The notes below the pieces were generated by a model. It did no database searches and had not been told where the DNA came from. It saw only the letters and a list, made by a program, of their open reading frames with translations. A program made the translations under genes and the position numbers. A stretch of DNA of 64,000 nt from a virus: the IMG/VR virus record IMGVR_UViG_3300042469_000981; one strand, given 5' to 3'. Every line of letters begins with the position of its first letter. The first letter of the stretch is position 1. Positions 46,988-57,137 of the stretch are shown here, one piece after another.

Positions 46988-47860
46988 TTAGTTAGTACTT
47001 GGTAGGTTTGAAGGAGGAATAGTAGTTTCTGTAGAGATAAATATTTGAGTTTTATTTGAAAATTTCTGTAATGCAGTTATATCTTTTTGTAATAGTTCTG
47101 GGATTATATATCCATTAATTTTAATACTAAATGTACTTCTTACTATACGTTCATCATCTTGAGATAATTCGGTTTGGAAGCCAAACGAATCAATCATTGC
47201 TTTAAATTGATAACGTTGAGGATCACCCCAGTAAGCATCTGAGGCATATTCCATTGATTCAACTATTTTATTTAGTTGTTCCACATAATAAGTAAATACA
47301 GCACATTCATATGTTACTGTTAAATAATCAGGCATTACAACAGCATAATATTCTTTTTGAGGAACACGATTGTTTAATACCTTAAAATTATCATAAGCAT
47401 TTTGTTGACTGTAACGTTTAGTAAACACACCAAAGTTATTTGGATTGTTAGCATCTAACTTATTAGCAATAGCTCTATTTTTAGTTATGTCTGTTCTTTT
47501 AAACATAATCAAAGGAGCCATAATTTTACCTTTTTGATCCCTGTAGTAACCATCTTTTTGATATGATTTCCACTTTTCAGGTGAACCATAGATTACAGGA
47601 ACAGGCAAACGAGAACCATTTTGTGTTACTGATGGTTGGATTACATTTTCAAAGTAATAGAATATAGCCTCATCAATATCTTGAATTCCAACACTAAATG
47701 GTTTAGTTGTATCACCTTTAAAAGTTGTATTTAAAGCTCTATTGTTAGTAGGGGTTGGGTTAAAATCATTAGGATTACCTGACTGTGAATAGGTAGGCAC
47801 ATGCTGCTCTTTTGAAAGCTGCTTTTGAGTTTTTGGTATGGGTTTTCTAACTTGAGCCAT
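46988..47860 (-). CDS. Tail terminator / sheath stabiliser (gp15-like)
   Basis: DIDEAI..YF...VPVIYGSPEKW...PDY....Y...WGD...F; last of three neck-type genes. Confidence 0.7.
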   Translation of the reverse strand: MAQVRKPIPKTQKQLSKEQHVPTYSQSGNPNDFNPTPTNNRALNTTFKGDTTKPFSVGIQDIDEAIFYYFENVIQPSVTQNGSRLPVPVIYGSPEKWKSYQKDGYYRDQKGKIMAPLIMFKRTDITKNRAIANKLDANNPNNFGVFTKRYSQQNAYDNFKVLNNRVPQKEYYAVVMPDYLTVTYECAVFTYYVEQLNKIVESMEYASDAYWGDPQRYQFKAMIDSFGFQTELSQDDERIVRSTFSIKINGYIIPELLQKDITALQKFSNKTQIFISTETTIPPSNLPSTN

Positions 47861-48381
47861 TATAATCTTGATAATTCAATGTTAACTTTATCAGACGGAG
47901 TGTAGTGGGCGTTACATATAACAGAAACACTATAACCAAATTCGTTTAAGTCTGTTTCATATGGATTATTTCCATTACCATCTGTATAAGGATATTCAGG
48001 GTCTTTACCTACAAAGAATTGAGCTGTACTAACATTATCTATTTCCCAATATCCATTTTGGAACATAATAATATCTCCTATGTCTGGATAAACATTAGCG
48101 TCAACTAAATCATCTCGTAAAAATTTATAAGTAACATTCCATTTAAAATCAGCTCCAAAATCACTTACAGGATATTCAAACTGACTTGTAGCGATTAAAG
48201 CATATAATAAAACAGGGTCAGCGAAATTTCTTCCAGTAGATGCTTCACCATACATGTTTACTTTAGTAGTAGTACTATTGTATTTATAGAATACACACTG
48301 TTGTGAAATAATGTTCTGCATCAACTCTCGGTTGATGTATCTAAACATTGAAATATCTCTAGCCTGTCCAAATAATGCCAT
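47860..48381 (-). CDS. Head closure / neck protein (gp14-like)
   Basis: NMYGEA...DANVYPDIGDII......YWEID pattern; position after the gp13-like gene. Confidence 0.7.
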   Translation of the reverse strand: MALFGQARDISMFRYINRELMQNIISQQCVFYKYNSTTTKVNMYGEASTGRNFADPVLLYALIATSQFEYPVSDFGADFKWNVTYKFLRDDLVDANVYPDIGDIIMFQNGYWEIDNVSTAQFFVGKDPEYPYTDGNGNNPYETDLNEFGYSVSVICNAHYTPSDKVNIELSRL

Positions 48382-49571
48382 TATCCTATAAAAATTGTCA
48401 TTGGTACATTACTAATTTCAGCTACTCGAGCTACTGATTCTGCTTGCCTTCTTTCAAGCAATGCTTGACGAGATGTTGAATCAAAGTATTCTCTTAACCG
48501 TGTTACTAAATTATCTTTTTCTGAAGTAGCAGCTGCTACTAAGGTATCACCATTTAATGTTACTTCAGCTCCTGGAATAGGGATTTGTGAGTATTTGTTA
48601 CGAGTATAGCCTAACATTTCTTTAGATAATGCTAAAGTATATTCAAATATCCAACTTCTACCTACAGAGTTAATATCATTATAGTTAGGGTTAGTATATG
48701 GTACATTTGAGGAATTAGAAATTTTACCAATACCATTTGTTACCGCTGAATCTAGCCTATCTTTTAACTTAATAAACTTAAATACTAAGTATTGACCATA
48801 GTATAAATCATCTTCACCACTAAATTCTCCACTAAAACCAGTACCAGGTACTGGGAATACCGAGATAATATTGTTTACAATATTAAAGCTATAGTTAGAT
48901 AAAGTTACAGTGTTTTGCATTTCAATTGCTTGAATGTTCTGTATAGTGTAACTTGTAGGCATCATTAAGTAGTTAGCATATCCATATCCAAACCCATAAA
49001 CACCAGCTGCTGGTACACCACCTAAACCTGCTCCACCCTGTCCAGACATGTATGGAGAGTACAATTGACTAATTGCTGGAGGTGATTCATAAAATACTTC
49101 TTTAATTTCAATACCACCTGTGATACTTTGAGATATAGCCCAATCTGCTAAATCATAAGATTGAACTCCTGGAATTAAGTCTAATCGGCCTTTAAACCAA
49201 GTTACATTACCGCCAGCTCCTGCTTCTTCACCATATTGTTGAGACAATCTAACAATATTAGCCATTGAAGGAGTAATAATACTATCGTTAATATCAATAG
49301 CTTGTGTCACACCTTCTAAAGATAAATAGTTATCTCTTAATTGGTATGCATATAATTCGTTACCATAAACTGTAGTTGCTTCTTCAAAAGCAGTGTAAAA
49401 GTTTATAGCTTGTAATTCTACGTTTTCGATAGGATAACCTAAACGAATAGCGCAAAACTTAGCTACTTTATCAGCATCAACTTGGAAATCATATTGATTA
49501 TCGTAAAAGCCAAAAGGTGTATCTCCAGGGAAAAATGATGATGAACCAGGCCAAATAGGAACGTTTGCCAT
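48381..49571 (-). CDS. Neck adaptor protein (gp13-like)
   Basis: RLGYPIENVEL...WIFEYTLALSKEMLG..R.KY..IPIPG..VTLNG..L...A..E...L. Confidence 0.78.
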   Translation of the reverse strand: MANVPIWPGSSSFFPGDTPFGFYDNQYDFQVDADKVAKFCAIRLGYPIENVELQAINFYTAFEEATTVYGNELYAYQLRDNYLSLEGVTQAIDINDSIITPSMANIVRLSQQYGEEAGAGGNVTWFKGRLDLIPGVQSYDLADWAISQSITGGIEIKEVFYESPPAISQLYSPYMSGQGGAGLGGVPAAGVYGFGYGYANYLMMPTSYTIQNIQAIEMQNTVTLSNYSFNIVNNIISVFPVPGTGFSGEFSGEDDLYYGQYLVFKFIKLKDRLDSAVTNGIGKISNSSNVPYTNPNYNDINSVGRSWIFEYTLALSKEMLGYTRNKYSQIPIPGAEVTLNGDTLVAAATSEKDNLVTRLREYFDSTSRQALLERRQAESVARVAEISNVPMTIFIG

Positions 49572-49610
49572 ATTTTTTATTTATAAATATTAAAAAAGAA
49601 AGCAATAATT

Positions 49611-49790
49611 CTATCCTATCTGTTCTACTTTGTATTGTCTTCCTGTTGGGTCGTTTAATTGTAATTCAGCGGCTTTTAATTCTGCTTCTTTTAGATTATC
49701 ATAATCATAAATTGGATCGTCTGATTCTAGTTGGGCAACCCAGATATCATCTAGTCCAGGGATAAATTGCATAAATATTCTATAGATCAT
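49611..49790 (-). CDS. Small hypothetical protein (59 aa) missed by the ORF track
   Basis: Hand translation MIYRIFMQFIPGLDDIWVAQLESDDPIYDYDNLKEAELKAAELQLNDPTGRQYKVEQIG*. It fills the gap, and its ATG lies 2 nt after the upstream stop. Confidence 0.7.
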   Translation of the reverse strand: MIYRIFMQFIPGLDDIWVAQLESDDPIYDYDNLKEAELKAAELQLNDPTGRQYKVEQIG

Positions 49791-49792
49791 AA

Positions 49793-50347
49793 TTAAACTT
49801 GATATGTTATATATCCTGAGAGTATACCACCTGTTGTGTTATTGTATAAAGATCTACCATTTAACCCAAAACCATTAGCACCTGAATTATAGTAATCTAA
49901 AGTAATTCTATCTTCACTACTAGCTACATACCCTTTAACTTGGGTACCTGCCGCACCTACACCTAATAAACTTCCTTCAGTAATTACTAAAGAAGAAAAT
50001 ACAGCAATACCGTTACTTGATGTATAAGGTAAATCATCAACAGTTCCTGTACCTGTGTTTGCTCCTGGAGTGTAGCCGGTTATTTCAATATCAAACCAAG
50101 CATGAATTACATTACCAACTCGAGTATAAACTCCTGTTTGAGTGATGTAGTTTACAGAGCCTAAATCATTGTTAGTAGTATCAAGGGTAGGAGTCCATGT
50201 ACCTTCTTCATAAAAATTTAAAGTAGTTTGTCCAAAATTAATTGATGAACCGGAAATTGCTCCGGATACATGAAGTTTAGTTCCGGGAGTTGCTGTACCA
50301 ACCCCTAAATTTCCTTTTCTGATTATAAAATCGTAATCTGTTGCCAT
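49793..50347 (-). CDS. Short tail-fibre tip protein
   Basis: GNLGVGTATP module plus YEEGTWTPTL...YTRVGNVIH fibre C-terminal motif. Confidence 0.72.
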   Translation of the reverse strand: MATDYDFIIRKGNLGVGTATPGTKLHVSGAISGSSINFGQTTLNFYEEGTWTPTLDTTNNDLGSVNYITQTGVYTRVGNVIHAWFDIEITGYTPGANTGTGTVDDLPYTSSNGIAVFSSLVITEGSLLGVGAAGTQVKGYVASSEDRITLDYYNSGANGFGLNGRSLYNNTTGGILSGYITYQV

Positions 50348-50359
50348 AACTGTGTTTTA

Positions 50360-53300
50360 TTATAATGCTCTATATGCTGTTTTAATTTCCCAAGTTCCAC
50401 TTGCGATGTTTGCTGTTAATACTAAATTACCCCCTACAACAGAAGTTGAAAAATCTACGGGGGCTGTATTACCGATGTCAGCTGTGCTGGTGTCTGTATA
50501 TCGTGAGGTTGAATTATTTTGAACCGCCATTATTGTTCCCGCTCTCATACTTATTGACCCTGAGGCTACATAGTAATCAAAGAATGCTGCCTTAAATGAA
50601 CCTGTAGGTACAAAAGCAATGTTTGTATTTCCAGTAAGTGAACCTGAGAATGTTGTTGATTCAATGGTTGTTGTACCTTGGTTCTCTATTGCAATTGATC
50701 CTGAAACTTGAAGGTTATAGGATGGTGATGTAGTACCAATACCTATGTTACCTGCTGAGGTAATACGCATTCTTTCGGTCATTGCTCCTCCATTAGGTCT
50801 GGTATCTAAGGCCAAATAACTTGCAAAGTTCCCTGAGGTATTATTTTCTTTACCGCTTCTAACTCTTGCACCTGTAGCTGTTGTAGTACCACTATATGCT
50901 TGACCAAGAACTAATGCTGCTCCTGTATCTTGAGCAAAAGATGAATTTCCATATAAAGACAAAGTACCACCATCTCCATCAGTATTAGATACAGATGTTT
51001 GCACCACTTCTAGTTTTGGAACTACTCCTCCGTACCCTGCTTGAGATGTTGTATTTATTAATAATGACCCACCACTAGTAATACGCATTCTTTCGGTATT
51101 AGAAGTTTCAAATGACATATTTCCAGCAGCTGTATTAACTACAGATATGGAATTAGCAAGCGTTGTATTTCTGTTTAATAATATTTTGAAATCAGCTAAA
51201 GCACCATCTGTAGCTCTAAATATTTCAGCAATATTACTAGCCGCTGATGGTATATCTAAATGTAGTTTAGCAGCTGGAGTATTAGTACCAATACCTACAT
51301 TACCTCCATTGATAATATACATTGATCCGGTAAAATTACCTCCAGAATTAGATGAGAAACTATCACCAACTCCAAAAGCTAAGGTTCTGTTACCTGATGT
51401 AATAACGTTAGGACCCGCTATTCCTGCGCTATCATTATTTCCCATAATGATATATGAAGGACAACCACCACCAGCTGCTGGTGCTGCTAAAGATAAAGCT
51501 CCACTACTTCCAGGACCACAAACTCCATTAATATGAAGATTTGTTACAGGAGAAGCAATACCAATACCTACTCTACCTGATCCAGAAACAACTAAGTGGG
51601 CTGCTCCTTCAGAAGCACCGTTTGCTAAAATTTCAACTCCAACACCACTAGATCCCCTAACAATTAAATTATTACCGCTAGTGTCTGTAAATATATCAGA
51701 AACAATTGTTCCACTTTGTCTAAATCTAAGATATGGGTCTGAAGGATTATTAATGGCAATTCCACCACCTTCTACTTCTAATTTATCATCTGGACTAGTA
51801 GTACCAATACCTACGTTTCCTGAGTTAGTAACATAAAATAAACTACTAAAATTTTTATATACTGCAAAGGGAACACCTGTTGAACTTGCTCCGATATTAA
51901 CATACATACCATTTGCATTGGTAGTACCTAAATTATCTACACTAACTGCCCAATCTGAATTTAATGTGCCGCCTAAAATAGAAGCCCCATTGACTTGTAA
52001 TTTAGCACTAGGATTAGTAGTACCAATACCTACGTTACCTACATCGGTAATGCGCATACGTTCGGTAGCAGTTGAATTATTGTAAAACCGTAAAGCACCG
52101 CTTTCCCATAAAATAGTTGGATTAGCACTCCATAATTGAATATCATCCGTTAAACGAATTTTGCCTGCAACTTCAAGTTTTTGTGTTGGACTAGTAGTTC
52201 CAATACCTACGTTACCATTAGATCTAGCTACATATAATGAAGCTGAATTAGCTGTGTCAAAGTTAGGAGCAACTACAAAACCGGATTGTGTAGATGATGT
52301 AACGTGACCAAACCACATTAAATCATTAAAGCTTGGATCCTGTGCTCTAAAGCCCCAATACCCGTTGCTTCCGTCTCCAGCAGCTGGGGCTACTAAATTT
52401 ACAATAGCATAGTCACTACCTTTAAAGGTAGACATACCTTGTCCTGATACGTGAGAACCAGAAACAACTAATTTAGTAGATGGGGTAGTAGTACCAATAC
52501 CTACGTTACCGTTACCTAAAACTATAAATCTGGTTGTTCCACTATCTGTTGCAAATCCAGAGGATAAAGTTACTTCTGATCTAACTTGGAATGCTGTACC
52601 ATCGCCTCTAGTAGTTCCTACGGTAACACCAGAATTTGCACTTGAACCCCAACCATTAATAATACTAGTATAACTTGCATCTTGTTGGTCTGTAACTATT
52701 CTTAAACTTGGATTACCATTAATATCAGGCATCCATATACCAGGACTAGTTCCTGGATCAGAGTCAATTAAAAGAGTACCATTTCTTAAATGTAATTTTT
52801 CAGTTGGACTATCTGTTCCTATACCAACTCTTTGACTATTATCAATAGTCATAGCTGTTGTAGCACCATTGGTTTTAACTTGGAATTTTAAACCTCCAAT
52901 TGTAGGCCCTACACCACTTTGGTTCCAAAAATATGCGGCAGAAGCGTCTGCTGTAACTGAAGGATTTGAAGTTAATTTTAAAGCTCCGTCTACTTCAAGT
53001 TTTTGAGATGGACTAGTAGTACCAATACCTACACTACCGTTAGCATTGACTACAAATGCAGGGGTTGAATATGTTGTTCCTCCTATTGTTGTTGAAGGAG
53101 TAATTTCAAAAGTATTTGCTACATTGTACTGAGCTCCTAAAAGCCAGTTATAGAAAGTACCAGTACTAACATAGTATTCTAATCCAGCGTTTGAATTAGA
53201 ACTGTTATCCATTCTAATTCCTATATTAGATGATTTTACAGTTAGTGGTCTTGTTGGGCTAGTAGTACCAATACCTACGTTCCCACTAGCACTAATATAT

Positions 53301-56300
53301 AATGGATATGAAGAAGCTACATCGCTGTATAATCCAAAATCACCAGAAACATATCCAATGTATCTGTACTTATTAGTACCATTTAAATTAAATGATTGAT
53401 ATGTATAGTTTCCAACAGAAGCAGCGAAATCTAATATTAACTGTTCATTTGTTGAACCTGATACTCTTAAGTTACCGTTCCATACATCTAGTTTGGTAGA
53501 TGGACTAGTAGTCCCAATCCCGACATTCCCTAACAAATAATGTGAACTACCAGTTGCCTGAATTGAACCAGTAAATGTCTGTGTATTAGCTAAACTATTA
53601 CCAAATATATTTGAACCTGAAGAATAAATAACAGATGAGGTAATTTGTTGTACGTTTAGCTTTTGTGCTGTGATTGTACCTGCTACTGTTAAGCTGCCGG
53701 AAATGTATCCGCTGCCTGAAACCTCGAGGTTGTAGGTTGGGTTAGATACACCAATACCTACGTTACCTCCAGAGGTAATACGCATACGTTCAGTAAATCC
53801 GGCTTGTGTACCTGGATTTGTTGATGTACCAATTACTAATGGTGAATTAGAATCATAACTAATTGAAGTTTGTGAATCTGATTCAACATTTATATTAAAT
53901 TGTTTAGAGTTTGAAGCGTTAGTTCTAGTTATTGTAAATTGGGTATTTCCGTCACTAGCTATATTTAATGATGCTGATGGACTAGTAGTACCTATACCAA
54001 CTCTACTTAAAAAATAACTAGGTGTTCCTGAATATCCGGATAGTTTTGAAATAATATCATTATTACCTGTTCTAACTTCTAAATACCCGTCTGCACCCGA
54101 CTCGTATATTCTAACTAGTTTAGCTGAGTTTGCGTTTCGTTCTAATACAAATCCATCACCGTAACTACTAACCTCACCCGGAGATTTTACTGTTAATTTA
54201 CCTGCAGGACTTGTAGTACCAATACCTACATTACCACCTCCGGTAATACGCATGCGTTCAGTAGGTGTAAAAGCATCTCCTGCGGTTTTAGAAGCAGCAT
54301 CATCAGCAAAGAATTTAAGTACTCCATTTAATCCACCACCAGTACCACTAACAGAGATACCAGCTGCACCATAAGTAGCTGTTATAGATGTTTTATATCC
54401 ACTTGAACCGGAAACACCATAAAAATTAGACGATAACCATAAATCACCACTGCTATATTCACTAAATATATTACTGTAATCTTCCCATGTTATTCTTTGT
54501 CCTTGTGAAGCTGCACCTAAACTTAATCTAGCAGATGGACTAGTAGTACCAATACCTACGTTACCGGAAGTATTAATATACATTCTATTTGTATTATTAG
54601 TATAAAATCCTAAAGGCGTAGCGTTGGTTGATCCTATGTAACCTTCGTTAGAAACAAGACCTGCATACATTAAATATGTACCTGAGTTCTCAATCTTTAT
54701 AATTTGGTCACCGGTACCGTATATGTGAAGATTATTAGCAGGACTAGTAGTACCAATACCAACCCTACTTCCACTATACACCAATCCACTATCGGCTGCT
54801 AATGCACCACCGCTATTGTATACAATTTGTGTTGTTGAACCTGGAGCTGATACTGAACCTGAGAATGAACCTGTGAATGAGGTTGCTGTTACACCACCTG
54901 CTACTTGAAGTGTGTTAGATGGGGTGGTAGTCCCTATTCCGACATTGCCGTTAGCAGCCAATCTCATTGTTGTCAACAAAGTAGCTGCAGTACCTGCAGC
55001 GCCCGTTGCAACCCTATTGAAATCTATTGTCCCATCCTGCATATACATTTGCGTAGCAAATCCAGTATTCCTTAGTCGCCAGGTTGCTCCGTTAAAGTAT
55101 AAGTTCTCTGCATACCAGCCATTATTGACCGCGTAAGATTGCATCTCTAGTCCACCTGTCCTAATTGATGAATTACTTGGAGATGATTCTACTTCTAATT
55201 TAGTAGATGGACTAGTTATGCCAATACCTACGTTACCTGCGTAGGTAACGGTTAATCGGTCTGCATTTGCTGTGCCAAGTTTTAGTGAACCCGTTGGGTT
55301 AGATGCATCACCATATATGTAGGTAGTTCCATCACCATAACCCCATTGAAGGAGCGTAGTGTTATCAATAAGAATATTTCCACCACGCACGTTCAGTTTT
55401 GCTCCTGGACTGCTAGTCCCGATACCTACACTACCTCCAGCAGCGATTCTAACTCTTTCGCTTGCTCCTTCGTGGAATTCAAAAGATGAATTGTTTGTAT
55501 AAACAATTTGGTTTCTTGTTGTACTATTATAATAAGTGTGGACGGTTGTTGCTCCAGAAACTCCTACACTAATATCACCTTGAACGTCTAGTTTTTGTGA
55601 TGGCGTAGTAGTACCAATACCTATGTTACCTGAAGATGATATAAATAATCTAGTAGTACTAGCACCAGTTAAAAACGATAAATTCTCATTAGTTTGAGAA
55701 ATAGCTGCTATAGTACCGTTAGTTGTATCACCTAATGTTAATTGGTTTGTATTAGCAACTGTAGCAAAATAACCTTGTCCTCTTACATCAAATTTGTAGA
55801 CAGGACTTGTAGTACCAATACCTACATTACTCCCGCTAAATACAAAATTAGAAGCGGCTGCTAATGCACCGCCACTATTAAAGAGTACCTGAGTAGTAGA
55901 ACCAGGTGCTGCAATACTACCGGAAAATGAACCTGTGAATGAGGTTGCAGTTATATTTCCTTTTACCTGGAAGGTAGCTCCGTCATCATTAGATCCTCCA
56001 ACAATAACATTACCTCCCTGTAAGTAAGAAACTCCGTTTGTATTTAATACTATATTTACAGTACCAGAGGCATTTGCCCCATATATAGATGGGTGGTTAT
56101 TAGAATCTTGATAAATACTAATAGCACCTGAACCGGCACTTGGAGTAAATGATGTAAAGAATGAGTTACTTGCTCCCGATTTTACTTCTAGTCTATAGCC
56201 TGGTGTAGTGGTCCCGATCCCCACGTTACCTGAACCGGAAATATAAATTCTTGATAAGCCGGCGCTTCCATCGTAAATATTTAACGCGTCTGATGTACCT

Positions 56301-57115
56301 ATTAATTCAAATAATCTACCGTTAGAAATTTGAAGTTTAGTTCTTGTAAGGATATAGCTGTCTACATCTAAACCACTAGCAAATCTACCAGTGCCGTTAA
56401 CATCTAATTTATAAGCAGGTGTAGTAGTACCAATACCAACCAACCCACCAAACGAGGCCGTTGAAGCATTTTGTGTAATTGAACCTGTAAATACTGCAGG
56501 TCCGATGTTTGTGAATGTCGAAGAACCGGAAACAGTAAGTGAACCTGAGATAAGAACGCTACCGCTGACGTCAAGTTTAGCGTTAGGAGAGGTTGTACCA
56601 ATACCTACATTATCAGAACTATTTATAGTTAAAGTTGCAGCTGAACTTGCTCCTAAGTGTAAATAGTTAGCTGCTCTTAAAGCAGTACTATCGGTTTGAG
56701 CATTTTGAAATATATTTCCAGCGTTACCATACCCTAAGATAGTTCTGAATGTAGTATTTTCATTAATAACTAAACCACCATATTGAGTTGTAGAATCTAT
56801 TCTAATGTTAGCAGCATCAGAACTAGCAGCTCCTGATATATGTAGATTGTTTTGAGGACTAGCAGTACCAATACCTACGTTACTTCCGCTAAATACAAAA
56901 TTGGATGCTGCACCGAATGCACCTCCGTTATTATAAATGATTTGAGTATCTGAACCCGGTACTGTGACAGTAACCGAGGAGGTGGACATGTAGTATACCT
57001 GTTTAGTACTGTCGTCAAATGAAAGAATATATCCTTTTGAAGCTGATGTAGCTGAAGGTAAATATGTACTTCCTGAAACTATTAAACCTGTTCTTGTTAC
57101 AAACTCGTTAGCCAT
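50360..57115 (-). CDS. Long fibre protein (2251 aa) with about 25 GNVGIGTTxP modules
   Basis: About 25 (G/S)NVGIGTxxPxxxLxV repeats, each preceded by ERMRI-type segments. Confidence 0.88.
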   Translation of the reverse strand: MANEFVTRTGLIVSGSTYLPSATSASKGYILSFDDSTKQVYYMSTSSVTVTVPGSDTQIIYNNGGAFGAASNFVFSGSNVGIGTASPQNNLHISGAASSDAANIRIDSTTQYGGLVINENTTFRTILGYGNAGNIFQNAQTDSTALRAANYLHLGASSAATLTINSSDNVGIGTTSPNAKLDVSGSVLISGSLTVSGSSTFTNIGPAVFTGSITQNASTASFGGLVGIGTTTPAYKLDVNGTGRFASGLDVDSYILTRTKLQISNGRLFELIGTSDALNIYDGSAGLSRIYISGSGNVGIGTTTPGYRLEVKSGASNSFFTSFTPSAGSGAISIYQDSNNHPSIYGANASGTVNIVLNTNGVSYLQGGNVIVGGSNDDGATFQVKGNITATSFTGSFSGSIAAPGSTTQVLFNSGGALAAASNFVFSGSNVGIGTTSPVYKFDVRGQGYFATVANTNQLTLGDTTNGTIAAISQTNENLSFLTGASTTRLFISSSGNIGIGTTTPSQKLDVQGDISVGVSGATTVHTYYNSTTRNQIVYTNNSSFEFHEGASERVRIAAGGSVGIGTSSPGAKLNVRGGNILIDNTTLLQWGYGDGTTYIYGDASNPTGSLKLGTANADRLTVTYAGNVGIGITSPSTKLEVESSPSNSSIRTGGLEMQSYAVNNGWYAENLYFNGATWRLRNTGFATQMYMQDGTIDFNRVATGAAGTAATLLTTMRLAANGNVGIGTTTPSNTLQVAGGVTATSFTGSFSGSVSAPGSTTQIVYNSGGALAADSGLVYSGSRVGIGTTSPANNLHIYGTGDQIIKIENSGTYLMYAGLVSNEGYIGSTNATPLGFYTNNTNRMYINTSGNVGIGTTSPSARLSLGAASQGQRITWEDYSNIFSEYSSGDLWLSSNFYGVSGSSGYKTSITATYGAAGISVSGTGGGLNGVLKFFADDAASKTAGDAFTPTERMRITGGGNVGIGTTSPAGKLTVKSPGEVSSYGDGFVLERNANSAKLVRIYESGADGYLEVRTGNNDIISKLSGYSGTPSYFLSRVGIGTTSPSASLNIASDGNTQFTITRTNASNSKQFNINVESDSQTSISYDSNSPLVIGTSTNPGTQAGFTERMRITSGGNVGIGVSNPTYNLEVSGSGYISGSLTVAGTITAQKLNVQQITSSVIYSSGSNIFGNSLANTQTFTGSIQATGSSHYLLGNVGIGTTSPSTKLDVWNGNLRVSGSTNEQLILDFAASVGNYTYQSFNLNGTNKYRYIGYVSGDFGLYSDVASSYPLYISASGNVGIGTTSPTRPLTVKSSNIGIRMDNSSNSNAGLEYYVSTGTFYNWLLGAQYNVANTFEITPSTTIGGTTYSTPAFVVNANGSVGIGTTSPSQKLEVDGALKLTSNPSVTADASAAYFWNQSGVGPTIGGLKFQVKTNGATTAMTIDNSQRVGIGTDSPTEKLHLRNGTLLIDSDPGTSPGIWMPDINGNPSLRIVTDQQDASYTSIINGWGSSANSGVTVGTTRGDGTAFQVRSEVTLSSGFATDSGTTRFIVLGNGNVGIGTTTPSTKLVVSGSHVSGQGMSTFKGSDYAIVNLVAPAAGDGSNGYWGFRAQDPSFNDLMWFGHVTSSTQSGFVVAPNFDTANSASLYVARSNGNVGIGTTSPTQKLEVAGKIRLTDDIQLWSANPTILWESGALRFYNNSTATERMRITDVGNVGIGTTNPSAKLQVNGASILGGTLNSDWAVSVDNLGTTNANGMYVNIGASSTGVPFAVYKNFSSLFYVTNSGNVGIGTTSPDDKLEVEGGGIAINNPSDPYLRFRQSGTIVSDIFTDTSGNNLIVRGSSGVGVEILANGASEGAAHLVVSGSGRVGIGIASPVTNLHINGVCGPGSSGALSLAAPAAGGGCPSYIIMGNNDSAGIAGPNVITSGNRTLAFGVGDSFSSNSGGNFTGSMYIINGGNVGIGTNTPAAKLHLDIPSAASNIAEIFRATDGALADFKILLNRNTTLANSISVVNTAAGNMSFETSNTERMRITSGGSLLINTTSQAGYGGVVPKLEVVQTSVSNTDGDGGTLSLYGNSSFAQDTGAALVLGQAYSGTTTATGARVRSGKENNTSGNFASYLALDTRPNGGAMTERMRITSAGNIGIGTTSPSYNLQVSGSIAIENQGTTTIESTTFSGSLTGNTNIAFVPTGSFKAAFFDYYVASGSISMRAGTIMAVQNNSTSRYTDTSTADIGNTAPVDFSTSVVGGNLVLTANIASGTWEIKTAYRAL

Positions 57116-57137
57116 TCTTTATTATTTGTTATAAATA

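Noticed and set aside
50760-56900. Recurrent string of about 26 nt (ctagtagtaccaatacctacgttacc) separated by unique sequence, superficially CRISPR-like
   Set aside because: It encodes the in-frame GNVGIGTTxP fibre motif, varies at third codon positions, has irregular spacing of hundreds of nt, and no cas genes are present.
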